Below are positions 12,142-26,419 of a DNA stretch of 64,000 nt, in pieces (the first letter of the stretch is position 1; each line of letters starts with the position of its first letter). Made by a program: the position numbers and the translations under genes. Source of the stretch: Callorhinchus milii (Eukaryota); contig NW_024704742.1 of NCBI RefSeq assembly GCF_018977255.1, positions 112,036,001 to 112,100,000 of the forward strand, in the 5' to 3' direction. The notes beneath the pieces were generated by a model. That model was not told the DNA's origin, did no database searches, and saw only the letters and a list, made by a program, of their open reading frames with translations.

Positions 12142-13199
12142 CCAGAAAACCCCATGGAAACACGAAAAAGGAGAGAAAAAAACACAATAACGCCAATGCT
12201 AAACTCATTTGAAGTTCAACAGATAGGATGTCTGCAGAGTGCAAAATGACAATTTTCTTAATAAAGGTATTAAGTGTTTTTTTTTGACAGAGGTAATGGA
12301 TGTGTCGGTGGTGGGAAGTGTTCTGCAGCGCTGGACTGTGGAGTTACAAAGTGCTGTGGTGGATCGCTGTGCTTGAGATGTGTTTAGCCTTTCAGAGGTT
12401 TATGGCTGAAACTTGTGTCGCAACTTTGTAGCTGAAATATTAAACTGCACGAGAGAAAATGGATACTGACCTTCCAGTGAACAATTTATTTTTTAAATTT
12501 TATTTCCCCTTTTTTAGTCTGTGTCGAGCGTGTGTGTGATCATGTGGGAAAAAAGCGAATAGGATAAATAAAAGGGGCGTTTATATGTATATTTATATAT
12601 ATGTGTGTGTGTATAGAAGGTCTGAAGAGGCGATTAGGGGGGTGAGCTGTGGGGGTGGGGGGTCAAAAAAATCAACGTGGGGGTTGGGACGTGGGTTTAT
12701 ATGCGACAGAACTTTAAAGATGCATTTTAGGATTTGGTACTTGCAGTCACAGGGTTTTGCTGAGAAGAAAAAAATACGTGTTAATATGTGTTCGCCAGAA
12801 GCGTCTGCGTAAACAAACCGATCTGCCGGCGGGCGACTATCCGGAGAGCTGCTTTCAATAGAAAAATGCAGAACTTAAGAACTGCCCCCGTTAGTAATTT
12901 TTTTCAAAAAATTCAAAAATGCGTGTGAGGACAGATGCTCGTCTCCTCCAGCGCGGTATCCTTGAGGAAGGCAGTGATGCAGAAAGACATGATGGAGACG
13001 ATATCGCCTCCCCCTCCCCAACCCCCCCCCCCCACCCACACCCCCCGCTCCTCCCCTTGTCAAACTGTAAAAAAAAAGTCTTACTCTGCGCCTAACATTG
13101 GAAATGAAACTGACATTTAATGAACCAGACGCAGGGCACGTCGTGCTGAGCACTGCCCACGTGGGCATCTCTCTCTCTCTCTCTTTTTTATTCCCTTCT

Positions 13200-13800
13200 C
13201 TATTTTTAAAGGATGGTCGGATCTATCCAGGAAACGGCGTTGGCATTCCCGAGCCCCAATAATTAGGACGTATACAGACGTGAAAAGAGGAGGAGGAGGA
13301 GGAGGGGGGGGGGGGGGTGGGGGGGGGGTTGAAGTTTGCGCCTAATTGCTTCCGTTAAACGGAGCGCAAGAGATGTGAACGGCTGGTCGCTCGGTTTCCC
13401 ACGCTCGGGGGGCAATAGCAGTGTCGTGCCCGGGCAGCCGATGACAGGCAGCTGCGATGGGAGTGAAGGGGTGGCTGGAGGGGAGGGGGAGTGGGGGGGT
13501 GGGGGGGGAGTGGGGGTGGGGGGGACCGTCAAGTGCAGCAAAACCGCCCTCGATCTCTAAAACAAATGTGATGGCATTTCCCACCCACGTCCCTCGGCAC
13601 GCCAGGCTGTGCCCTCCCTCCCGGGATCACCACATGTTCCGGCCCCGAGAACTTCAGGAGTGTAATCTTCCCAAGTGGACAATGGCTTCACTTAATCGCG
13701 GGCTATTATATCCCAACAGGGTAACCCGTTTTAGAAGGACTTGGAATCCATCAGCCTCGCCACCGCCTTTTATTTACTCAAATCCCGATAGATGTTGTTT
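13200..13800. promoter_or_regulatory. CpG-island-like enhancer downstream of miR-9
   Basis: High CpG. MEF2-type CTATTTTTAA 13200-13209, TAATTA, CSL TTCCCACG 13396-13403, Meis TGACAG ~13442, E-box CAGCTG ~13450, Sox ACAATGG ~13679, G tracts. Confidence 0.5.
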
Positions 13801-14258
13801 GGGAGCGAGTGTCTGTCTGGCACACGTCTGCCTAACTTTTATTACTGTAATAGCCACCCAAGGCACTTGTTTGTTTAGTTAAACGTATTGTTTGGAACAA
13901 ACAACGCTTGCATTATAAAAGTGTAAACGAGTGTTATTGTTTACTGTGTGATTCAGTGGGTGCTGTAATCACTAACTACTGTTTACCCAAAGGCACTGCT
14001 TGGTTTTTTTTATAAAAAAGCTTTTTTTTGCATTGCAAAGTGGACAGTCCTTTCCTTTTAAGTTTGGGGGACGTGCGGTCAAAACAATTGGACGGTGTGT
14101 GAAGTTGCAGCTGAAATGTGGCTTCAAACGGCCACGTTATTTCAAAGAAATTGCTGCATTTTAATAATTTGCAGAATTCTGATGGAAACAAGAATGCTCA
14201 AATAAATTGACCATTAATGTTTAAATGCTGTTTCGCTTCCTATACAAGTCTTGTTTCG

Positions 14259-14261
<3 letters not shown>

Positions 14262-14292
<31 letters not shown>
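14262..14292. repeat. (GA)n microsatellite
   Basis: Direct reading. Confidence 0.95.
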
Positions 14293-14297
<5 letters not shown>

Positions 14298-14478
14298 CGG
14301 AGAAAAGTCATAATAGACGAGCTGTTTTGTAATGGAATGCATGACTGCACTGGAACAGCAAATCCGACGTTTTACTTACTGGAGACTTTCCAACTAAAGT
14401 AGATAGATGGGCGATAGATATAAAAAGCAAAACTCAAGATATTGAAAATCTGAAATAAAAACAGCAAATGTTGGATTA

Positions 14479-14597
<119 letters not shown>

Positions 14598-15920
14598 TGC
14601 AGATGTAGACAGATATTTTAACTTCAATAGATTTAATTAACTTCATTCAATTGCGTTTTAATGTAACTTGCATTTTGTATTTAGATTTTCTCAAAATAGC
14701 ACCCTGTCATTGAATAACTCACATTATCTATACTGATGTTGTAATTTTGAAGTATACTGAGCGTTATTTTCAAACTATAATTCATTGCATTACTTTTATC
14801 CAACCAGATGGCGTGTAATGGAAAAATGTAGCGAGAGCACATGTGCATATTTATTTTTGAATGGAGAACAATGGATTTCAACTATTACAATGCATAAGTG
14901 AATGGAGGATGGTGTTTAGCGTTAATGCTTACAAGTGCATTTATTTTGTAATAATAATTGAATGGTTAATTAATCTTATTTATGGAACTGTGTATAAAAT
15001 GATGATCACCAGGGCGACTTGATCAGCTCCACTCTAAATACTCCCTATTACATATGTATTGTACTACTGCAGTGAGAATACGTTGTCTGCAAATAACTAT
15101 GCCAATACCCAGTGAAAACAAGTTGGATGGAAGTTTGCAGATTGCGTGAGTGTGCATGTTTAATAGTGGGAACCAGGGATTCTCCTTTGTGGCAGGGGAG
15201 CAGCAGATTGCTGTGCAAGGCCAATGTTAAAAAGGCAGCTGAATTTAACACCATCTGGAAGAAAAGATCCCTTCACGACTTTCTCACACCGTCAGACAAA
15301 ACTAGTGTCTCTTGTTCTGAGCCCTTGTCTAAGCACCCATACAATGCCGAGTCATTATACTTTTGCTGAGAGAAAATTTGAGAACACAATATGGGTAACC
15401 ATTGAATGACCACATCTCATTGTGCCCGCTTAAGTCGATTGAAATCTACGTCTAGTGCTATGAATGGTGGCATTGTTTCCCTATTGGGTCTGTACTAAAT
15501 GTCAACGCAGTGCATGGAAAAAAAAACTGCAGTCTGCAAATATCTGCCCAAATTTCAGTTTTGATATTTTCACACATTCTCATCAGAAGCAATGACGTTG
15601 TTTAAGGTTTCTCTTAAATAGAGGGAATGTTGAAACCGTGGCTGCTTAACGTGAGGTTTAGTATTTGCTAAAAATGTATTTTTACTAGCATATGCATGCA
15701 TTTAAGTTAGGCAGCGCTTTTTTTTCCCTTCACTGCTTGTTGAGGATTTATTGAATTAATAAATTGGGCATTTTGCTTTAATAAATGAATGTAATGAGAT
15801 TAGTAATTTTTTTTGCAACGTGAGGATAAAACAAATGAACAATAATATCACCACTGTGCTTTTATGGCGTAGAATTTAAACCGCGTTATGAATGCAGACC
15901 ATTTTAGCTTTTATATATAC

Positions 15921-15957
<37 letters not shown>

Positions 15958-16949
15958 GACCTTGTGATAAAGTTTAGCTCATTCCAAAAAGTTCAACGTG
16001 AGTGACATTGAATTCAATGTAGGCGAAAAAGAGGCTAACAATATGTATTCAAAGCTTCACCAAACTCCAGGATTTTGAAGAAAAATTATAATACATTGGA
16101 TGTGTGCTAGATGTTTGTAGTAAGATTATTTACAATCTAAAAAAAAATTGTCAAGTAAAACAAAACACAAGCACTATAATAGTAAGATCCTTTTATGTGC
16201 AATAGTCATTCTCTGTAGGAGTTGATTTTGACCTTCCTGTACATATTTGACCTTTCATTCACTTCCCAATGCGGGTAGTTTCGCTGGAGCATTCTTAGTG
16301 CACTTAAAGTTTGGACAAGCTTGCATTTTTGTAGTTGTGTTCGCTGGTAAAGCGATTAATGGGTCGTTGAGTTATGTTGTCAGTGGAATTTCCCTAAGAA
16401 AGACACCGCTTCCAGTATCTGTGACCATAGTTCTGAACTTGTGCTTTATTTCAATTTGACATGAATAGTCTAATTGTTCCATCTCAGAGGTCCTCCTGCA
16501 TGATTATTTTCTAGTTTATCGCTCAAATGCTGACATATTTCACATGCAAGATACTTTTTTTGTATATACTGTGCATTATCATGACTTGCTTTTGGGGAAT
16601 TGAGACGGTGGTGGGAGCAGATGTCTAAAATGAAATGCAGTTTTACTGGGGTACTTTATACTCTAAAGTGATTATCCAGCACTCACATGGATTTCCAGTT
16701 CAATGTGTTCGTCGTCGAAAACAATGTTAAATTTAAGGATTTAGTAGGCAGCGTTTAGGTGTTTGTTCAGGGAATATCCACAATGGTAAACATGTGTACC
16801 AGGCATCTGGTTTTTTTTTAATGCACAAAAGCTGGGGTGGCTCCTGCTTGTCATGAAAGATGTCACTTGGGCTGATGTGTAAAAAACAATGCCACAAAAA
16901 AATTGCATTATAAGGAGAAACACGTTGCTCCATAATCTCCGACAGATAA

Positions 16950-17788
16950 TGAGTGCCACAAAAGCGCGCGGTGTGTGTGCCTCAGAGTGCGCTCTGCGTT
17001 GCGGGTCGCGGCCACGTCTGAAAGCAGCTGAACCGCTTGAAGCGTCTCGACCTGAATTTGAACTTGTTTGGCTGTTTAATGGCAGGGCAGTGGCCGGGCA
17101 GTGACAGAGGGACCCGGCACTGGCAGGCAGGGCAGGGCCGGGCAAAGGCAAGACACCCCTCTCTTTGCCCCGCTCTGAGAGAGAGAGAGAGAGAGAGAGC
17201 CCGCGCTTTTGAATGGGAGCACAGCTGCGCCGCTCTGGTTAATTAGCATCGCGCACAGCACAGCTCAGCACGGCTCAGCCTGGCAGCCCTGCAGCTCGTG
17301 CCGCTGGCAGCCCTGCCCAGCCCTGCCCTGCCCTGGCCTGGCCTGGCCCGGCCCGCCCCTCCCTGGCCCGGCCCGGTCCGGCCCGGGAGAGGCCGACGCT
17401 TATTGGTAGTTTCCGTGGCGACGGGAACAACGAGGCGGGCGAGGCGTGTCCCGGGCTCACCCGCACTTGGGCTGCCAAGTCACCCCACCCCACCCACTCC
17501 ACCCCACCCCACCCCACCCACCCCACCCCACCCCCTCCCCCCCACCCACTCCACCCCACCCCACCCACTCCACCCCACCCCACCCCACCCACTCCACCCC
17601 ACCCCACCCCCCACCCACCCCACCCCCCCCCTCCACCCCACCCCACCGCCCCCTCCACCCCACCCCCTCCACCCCACCCCACCCACCCCACCCCACCCCA
17701 CCCACCGCCTGCAAACTGCGGGCTCGGTGGTCAGGTACACGTTCACCTGAATGACTCCGCACTGGGGGGTGACTCGCGGGTTTCACAC

Positions 17789-17819
<31 letters not shown>

Positions 17820-18400
17820 TATCGCTGCTCCCGTTCGCTCATTGAATTCCCCTTTTACTTCCCGAAAGTTGCCATCGGACTGCAAAGTCTCTCCGTTAAA
17901 ACGCGACGCCTTCTGTTAATTCTTAAAAAAAAAACTCGAAGGCCTCCCCCGGTTTATCCCCATCGACCTCAAAGGGTCGGGATTATTGCTTACTCCGAAT
18001 AATCAAACGGTTGTGTGGTGACTTCACTGTGTTTGCTGGACAGCTATTCACACGCAGCAGTATTTTTTTTTACTGTTACTTGTATTCAACTGTTCGAGAA
18101 GTCGGAACTGTTGCCTTCGGTCGGTTGCAGATTGCGCCCCGGGAAGTGCCACTCAAAATAAGGGCATCTTGGACTATTTTGCCCGTTGACTCACAAAACT
18201 GTTGGGGGCAGAGGCAACTTCATTCGGTGTAACAAGTTGCTGCAACATACAGTTGCTGTCAGCGTGGGCTCAGGCGTCCGTGTGCCGTCGCAGAAATTGA
18301 ATTGTCTGCAATAGTTTTCATTCTTAAAAAAAAAACAACAACAACAACTAAATTCGAGGACTTTATCCGAGGGAGATCACCACTCGTACGCGATAAACCA
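16950..18400. promoter_or_regulatory. CpG island / promoter-like region
   Basis: Very high GC and CpG; ATTGG 17402-17406 next to an RFX X-box-like GTTTCCGTGGCGAC 17409-17422; GC-box-like motifs; CAGCTG E-boxes. Confidence 0.6.
17481..17705. repeat. (CCCCA)n degenerate repeat (i-motif on +, G4 on -)
   Basis: Direct reading of CCCCA/CCCA/CTCCA units. Confidence 0.93.
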
Positions 18401-20842
18401 TTTAATAACATCTTGCATGGTCATTTGAACTTCTTGTAAATTCCATAGCGGATTAAATGGATGACATGCTGCGAGAGAGCACTGATACTTTCATTAACCC
18501 TTCGCTGGTTGCAATATTCCAGTGTTGCACAGTTACCCGAATGACTTTTGTGAGGGAAATGATCTTTCTGCGTGCCATGTATTGTGGTGCTTATGCCCCA
18601 CTGAGCAATTTCCTTAGCAGGTGTGCAAATGGGTAAAACGTGAGACTCTTGACGCAGTTTAAACGTTCGGGTGTACTGTATAATTGAAAGTAGGATTTGA
18701 AAATAATAGTGAATTGTCACAGCTGAAATTGTTCCCATTAATGTTCAAGTACAATATTCTTTGCACAGATGCGGACATGCAGAAGCAGTGCATGAGTGGG
18801 TCTTATTTAGAGGCTGTGTGTTGCACTTTCCTGTGTTGCATGTAAAAGCAGGTCTGTAACACAACGTGTTGAGGAATCATAAAATAGCAAATCTGTGCCC
18901 TGCAGTTTATATGTCTTGAATTATTGCAAAAAGTGAGATTCAAAGGCTGCACATTGCTAGAAGTATTTGCATCATTAAAAGAAAATACCCCCACTGAGGT
19001 GATTGTTTTGTTAAATTAATCGTACCCACGATACTTAAGGGGGGAAACGGTTTGAGTAGTGTTAAAATAGCTAAGCGGAAACCATCAAAAAGAACTGAGT
19101 ATTTCCGAACAACACGTAATTAAAACAGAAGGCGACGCCCTTATTTGTAGCCCAAGTTAATGTGATGCAGCACGTGATGTTGAGTATGGAGTAAATAAGT
19201 CAAACATCCCAATTACAGTACCATATTTATTCAAATAAATGCAGCGCGGAGTCTACACCTTCAATGTGCTTCAAACATTTAACAGTAATTATTACGAAAC
19301 CTTTTCTTGCAATATTATAAAATACGACTTGATTTTCGTAGGAATTAAGGGTTACTATTGAAAATAGTTGATTTACTTGACCACAGTTTTGTTTTACTGA
19401 ATCGCTGAGTCTGTTTATATGTTGTATGACATTGGTGTGTGTTCTAAACAGGGGTTTGCTTCACAGAATCGTCAATTCACAGAACTATCAATAATATACA
19501 GTATCTATCTATTTCATACAATATACTCACACACATGCAATAGTGTTTGCATCCTCTTGCAAAATAGTTTAATGTGATACAACAATTATTCTAGAATATC
19601 TACTGCATAAAATTGATAGCTATGCAATGTCTATTAACCAAATACTTCAGTACAGAGCAACACTGTACAGTGGATTGACAGCAGGGAAAAGTGTATTTTA
19701 TAAACACATTTTTAATAAGAATTTCAATATACTTCTCAAAATGATTCATTTTGGAAAATAAATCTGAATATCCATTTTGTAAGTGTAATTATTAGGATTT
19801 GTAAATAAAGAGAATAATGTTATTCTCTATTAATTATATTAAAGTGTAATAGTGAATTGATAATTATTTAGATTTTCGTTTCTTATAGAATGAGTTTATT
19901 GGTCAGTATTTGCACTAACTTTTGCAGTATGTACATAACTGAAAATGTAACTTTTCAAATGGCTATTCATTTAGTATATTACCATTTTGGGGACAGCTTT
20001 TATCACTGAAAAAAAATTGCATTTAAATTAGTACAGATGCTATTTTCTAAGTAATCACGTATGACAGTTTTATTCTATTCTTTGTGTTAAAGTTACTAAC
20101 CTTCAATAATTTTGTTTAGGACACATTATGAGTAATTATTTGAGCTCTAACTACACCAGCATAAATAAATTAATGTTTATCAATTAAATTGATAATAGCT
20201 CATTGTGGTGCTCACCTATATTTAAATGTGAAGAAAATGCTTCTTTAATATTAGTAATGTATGTTTTGTATTATATGTTGTGTTTCAAATAATGCATAGC
20301 AAACACGACGTATAAGTGATTACACATACCAGACCAATGTATCCTGCTGGATCAGTAGTGAGAGCTCTGAATGAAAGCATACCAGTGGAGGGGACTGGTA
20401 AATTGAACTTGAATGGGATAATAGATAGATAGGAGGGAATTACAAGGTAATAGCACAATTGACAAGTTTAGATTATGTCATAAACCCCAAGTTTATGCAT
20501 TTTATCTTAAAATCAGCTTAGCATTTCAATAATTTTTATTTCATCCTTATTTATTTAAAATCTAAGACAATAGTCACTTTTTTCGTCTTTTAGAGATGAT
20601 GCTTTAAAAATAACTTATTTACTTTTTGCAAGTATATTTTATATTATAGGATACACTGATATATGGTGAACTACTTTGTGATCTAAAAGGCATGATGTTA
20701 TCATGTGACTTTAAGAAGAGTTACATTGTATGTGATTATAAGAGTTACATTGTATATGATATAGTATTTTACTATGATTTGTGAATTACACATGAAAAGC
20801 TTGTGGTCCATTCAACATTGTTTTAAATGTTTTAAACGCCTA

Positions 20843-21048
20843 ATAATAATCCCTCAAGAAAAAAAACAATAATAAATTGGTCACTTCAATCCACGACTGT
20901 TTGTGGGACACTGCTGTGCACAATTTGGCTGCTGCCTTTTGCCCACAAATATAGTCAATTCACTTTACAGTATATTCTGTGAAGCACTTTGAGACGTCTA
21001 GAAGACGTGAAAAGCACTGTATCAAATGCAAGGATTATTATTATTATT
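20843..21048 (+). mobile_element. tRNA-derived SINE, 5'-truncated copy
   Basis: Shares CACTTTACAGTATATTCTGTGAAGCACTTTGAGACGTC...AAATGCAAGGA(TTA)n with six other copies in the window. Confidence 0.9.
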
Positions 21049-24000
21049 AAATGATAATGTTTAGTCCTTCATAAATATTTCTATTTAACTTTATGATAAA
21101 CAGAAGCTAGAACCGTGGCCAAAATGACCACAACAAACATTTCTGGCAGAAGTTTTAATTGTCCACACATTTGGGGTATTCAGCAGACTGCATAACAACA
21201 AAAATGTGTTGAACTTCGATTGAATTTTTTTTACAAAAAAAGAAATTAAATTATAAATTCAGTAAATTTAAAAAAATCTTCTTTGAAGTGACTGTTTATA
21301 CATTTACAATTGAATGTTTGTATTATTGGAATATATTAGAATTTCATATTTAATTTATAAAAAATAATTATGTAACTTTACAAATGATAAGATGATAATA
21401 AGTGTTTGTCTTTTAAATCTACGTGTACAGAACGCAGAATAATCTGCATAACTTTAGATAGCTGATAGGCCAGGGATCCATGGATCACATATTCAATCCA
21501 GACTAAAGATAAAATCAAACCAGTCCAGTTTTATTTAGGATTTTTGTTTAGGACAAAATGAAATATTGAACTAAAGAAATAAAGAGATTTTTTAAAAAAA
21601 AAATGTAAAATAAATCAAAACGTAGAAAGCAAGCAACCAAAATTTATTTGGAAAAATACCCCAAGGAAAATATTTAAGACATCAATAAATCAATAATTCA
21701 AATGCAAGAATTATCAGTATCAATACAGCCCATTTATACTTCTGTTGTTACCGGTGACTTTGAACTCAGGACGAATAATTTTATGAACATGCTGGTCTAG
21801 GATCAGTAAACCTGCCCTCCCCTCCCCCCCCCCCCCCCCCCCCCAAAAACACACTTTTGAACCTAGATGTCAAAGACATGTTTCAAATAGCATTTGGAAA
21901 TTGGGGTGGGAAGGTCCTGGACAAGAATTTTCTAAACAAATTCAATATCTGTATGTGAACAATGTAAAGAATATTTGAGCTAAAACACCAATTTTTGTAC
22001 ACAGTTTCTGCATATTATGAGGCTATTGTTTTTAATAATCATTTTACGTAGGAACATCGCTTAGTATTACCATAGGAAAATGTGATGTCGAGTTGTTGTG
22101 TATTCTGGTGATTAGTGAATTGCCTTTGCATATTGTTTCCTTTTGAAATGCTGTTTCCATTAGGCCTTTTCAAGTAGGTCTATTTGCATTCATACAGAAA
22201 AAAAATGATTCACTGCTTCACACATTGTTTCAAACATGTAGTCAAGACATAAGGTAAGTGTTCGAAGCAATAAATAAGAATACATTGTTCTTCATACTCT
22301 GTTAACTGCTCACAGAGTCCCCCCAACCCCCACTCATTATCTTTTTCACAGCAACCCCTCAAACACTAGTTTGGAGTTGTAGATTTTAAAGTGCAATTAT
22401 GTAAATTCACCCTGATAAATAAATTACAATAATTGTATTTGAAATACCACTCAAATTCTTAAGACTAAAGGATTTGAATAATATATTACGCATTCTTAAA
22501 TTATTTATCAAGTCTAATTCAAAGTAACTGTGATGTAGACCTTATTCTTATTTCTAAATTGACCTCAAAATTTTATTTACATGTAATCGCAAATATATAT
22601 ATTTATATAATGTGAATTAAAGTATCTTTATGCATCTTTTAAATTGATTATCATCTTTTTCAAACCTTTTTTTTGGAGTAGATTTGTGTATATTCTTTTC
22701 TTTCCTGGTTTCCACCTGCCTTTTCTTTAATTTTGTTTATCTGAAGCTGGCTGTATTAGAAACAAAAGTGGCCAAAAAAAAAACTCTCACTGGACAAATC
22801 AGAATGAAAAGTGAGATTACCAATACAGAGTGGCATTGCAACATTATCTTACTTAAGAATTTTTTTTCTCTAACATTCAAACTAACCAAATTCAAATCAA
22901 AACTTGTATTTGAATTTGAAAATAATGTGCACCTGATATGTGAAAGCAGGCAGAGTAATGTTAAATTTAACCAGACGCGGAAATGTACATTAAAATCATT
23001 CAAATAGCTGATAAAAGACTGGAACAGATATTGAAAAATTAAATAGTCCTCTTCCAATAAATCTACTTTACTTGTTTTACAAAATATTTTTTGCATAGAA
23101 ATAATTTAATTGTAAAGTTAAACATAAAGAATGCGTTACCTATTGACCAAGAATATCATGCAAATGTCAAACGTCTGCATAATATACATACTCAAACAAA
23201 AAAACAAAGTAATTTTGCATGTAAACAGTATATTCCTAAAAATATATCATGAAATATGTAAAAAAAGATTGCTATAGAATCTGCAGCATCATATTAAATA
23301 TGTAAAGGCATTGTAACATTGTAATATGCTAATGATTTATCATTTTATGCAAATGAAAGGACATATAATTCAAACGTGCATGCTATATATGAATCAGTCA
23401 AAATTGATAAGACCCTTGCTAGAAAGATAAAATTAAAGATTAATTAGAATGCTATGCGTGCGTTGTCAAAGACTAATAACGTTAGGAAACAGCGTTCTAA
23501 TTTAATGCTCGGTACAGGGCTTCTCATGGTGCCACCATTTTATGACAATGGCCATGGTGAGCAAAACGTTAGACTTAAGATGTCCGCTTGTTCACATTCT
23601 TGAATTTGTGTGTCAATAAACAATGAGCGAGTATAGCCTTGAATGTCAATTATTTAATTAACGCCTTTTGTCAGGCATGCATAGCAAGTAGCACATTTAC
23701 CGTGAATAATTTTAGGTGCTAATTCTCATGCGCAATTGGTTCTGTTATTTCAAAGCGAGAATAACGCCGGGTTTTTTTCCCATCATGAAAATGTAGCAGA
23801 TCGTCTAGATGATTGTACAATTAATATATTTTTTTAAAATGAAGCAGTGCAAAAGATGGTTTCTTAAACACCAGATTTGTATTGCAAGATTTTAGTTTTA
23901 AAAGTATTGCTATCTTTACTAACATAGGAAAGCCAAAAGCCTTTCTTGCAATATTTGTTTCACATTAAGCGATTCTACTCTGAGATATTCAAGAGAGGGA

Positions 24001-25335
24001 TTTATTAAATTATTTTGTATTACTTGCTGTGGTTCACGTAAATTCACAGAGCATAAATTTTAGAAATTAGTTAATATATTGTAATTGCTTTCACACATTT
24101 GACGTAGCTTTCACTGATATTCATTTTGCTACTGTTGTTCAATGTTTATCTAATGTATTTTAAGTAGAGTTTATATTAGTTTATGATGCAAATTGCTTGA
24201 TTAAAATAGATAATTGGTGAGCATATACAAATACACGCTCAGTTTTTTATATATTCAGATATATCAATGTAAATATCATTCCAACTATACTGAGATCATC
24301 TGTGAAATAACTTCTGACTAAACTGACAGTGATCTACAATTAATAAATACAGAAAGTATGGAAATGCTAACAGGAATTCAGCTAAGAGACCAAGAATGGA
24401 TTTTTTAATGTTTATGTTAAAACTTGGGCAATATTGCACAAACAAATAAAATACCAAGTTTAAGGAAATTACATTTGGATGTAGAGCAAAAAAAGTAAAA
24501 AAAATAGGAAATTCTTTTAAATATAATGACTATGAATTAGGTTGACGTATTGTTGTAAGAGGGTACACAGTTATGCAATTATTAGCTACATAACAAAGGG
24601 TACTGACTACACGGCAATTTAATTCATAGTCAGAAAAATAGGGCGTAGATCTGCTATAATCTTCAGCAGAGACACTGATGCTTTGTTAATTTTCCTTCAT
24701 TGTGTCAATTGGTGGTGGCCAACATTGACATTTAAATCACAAAGTTGAAAATGGCATTGATTTAGTATTGTGCAAAATACAATTTTTTATTGTTAATGTG
24801 TCAGTATTGTGCTTACTGTCAAATGGTTCAGAAATAATGCTCTGAAACTTTATTAGATTTGATCATTTTAGTGTTCAGCCAATTATTTTGCATGTTTCAG
24901 CATAGGAATTGTTTATAAATGTGTAATAATGTTATGTGACAATATTCAGAAGGGTGTTAGGATAGCATAGTCATACTGAGCTTGTTATGAAACAATATGC
25001 TTATTTGGAGAATTAGTTTTCTCATAATGTTGATGTTATATTTTGTTGTAATTACCAGTTTTTAATTTTACAACAGGCAATTATATTTTAACTGTGTTTA
25101 AAATGTTCTGAATTACTTTTGAATTGACTGTTCAGGGCTCCTGTTAGCTATTCAGTAAACCAAGTGTTTCAAAAACCTCACTTGCTTTAGTATATTATTG
25201 CTTGGAAAGGTAATTACAAATCACTAATCATATATTTACTTAGATTTATAAAATCTAAAGAAAAATAAAACAATTTCTAAATTAGATTTTTAAATTATTC
25301 ACCGGACATGTAACACAATAGAGAATGGGAAATAG

Positions 25336-25559
25336 AGAATGGTAGTGGAAATCTGGAACTCTCTCCCCCAAAAGGCTGTGGACGCTGGATCTATTCAAAT
25401 TTTCAAGACTGAGGTTGATAGAGTTTTGTTAGTTAAGGGTATTAAGGGATATAGGGCAAAGGCTGATAAGTGCAATTGAGGTACACATCAGCCATTGGCT
25501 ATTAGAATGGGAGAACAGGCTCAAGGGACTGAAGGGCCTACTCCTGTTCCTATATTCCT
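25336..25559 (+). mobile_element. CR1 LINE 3' fragment (ORF2 C-terminus plus 3' UTR)
   Basis: Translates RMVVEIWNSLPQKAVDAGSIQIFKTEVDRVLLVKGIKGYRAKADKCN* (WNSLP motif), followed by GGCCTACTCCTGTTCCTAT, typical of CR1 3' ends. Confidence 0.85.
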
Positions 25560-26419
25560 GAATTCTCTCTACTTATATTTTTGGACGTTTGATCAAAACT
25601 TGGCATTTGGCAATTTCACTTATCAATATCACACACATGACAATGTTGATACAAAGATGCTTCTCTTAAAGGATCTTAAAATCAATACCAAAGTAAGAGG
25701 ACGTGAAATATTCAAAAATTTTGAACGGTGCAAAATTCACATTGGTGAGGAGAGAAACACACAAGAATGAATGAACTTTGAGGTTTATTCATCTATTTAA
25801 TTTATATTTTTATTTGTCCATTCAAAATAAGGAATGGTAATCTTGTGAAAAGGAATTTTTTTGAACTATGGTCATCCAATGTCAAAATCATGTACAACTA
25901 GTCAGATGTAGCATAACCAGATGCAATGCAAAATTGGCTCTTAAGAGTGGGTAGCAATCCCCCATCAAAGAAGGGCACCCCTCCTGGACCAGATCAGTAT
26001 ATCTATTTCACAAATCCGTAGTATAATTATTACTTTTCTGTATAGGATTTCTAGTTTACTGTTTCAATTCCTGAAATATGGCCAATTTTGTGCTGGGTTC
26101 CAATTCCACAAAGACCTGGGAAAACACTGGCCATGCATACTTTACTTAGAATTTTTGCAGTCAAATAGACAGGAGAAACAGAAATGAAAGGACAGTAGGC
26201 TTAAGAACTATAACTTTTGATTCTTCATGGTTTATGGAGTGAGGTCTGAAGATATTCAAGATTAACCAGTCTTGTGCATTTGTCCATGTATTCCTCTGTA
26301 TTCAACAGTGTCAAATCATTTGTGTTTGAAAGAATTGGCTTGAAAATGTACTTGACTGAAAACAATATATTTATTTTGCCAGTTTTTACTTATTTCTATC
26401 ATTGACAATAAATGTATGT

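Larger units (their letters stand above)
2240..12600 (+). ncRNA. putative pri-miR-9 host lncRNA (LINC00461/MIR9-2HG-like); boundaries approximate
   Basis: Inferred from a promoter-like region near 2.0-2.9 kb, a candidate exon at 3481-3670, strong acceptors at 11200/11246 upstream of the hairpin, and AATAAA at 12260 and ~12568. In mammals mir-9-2 lies in a spliced lncRNA host. Confidence 0.45.

Noticed and set aside
17275..17885. Overlapping G/W/V- or P/H/T-rich ORFs
   Set aside because: Translations of the (CCCCA)n repeat.
20716..20763. 24-bp tandem duplication (also a 17-bp one at 8888-8920)
   Set aside because: Ordinary local slippage duplications.
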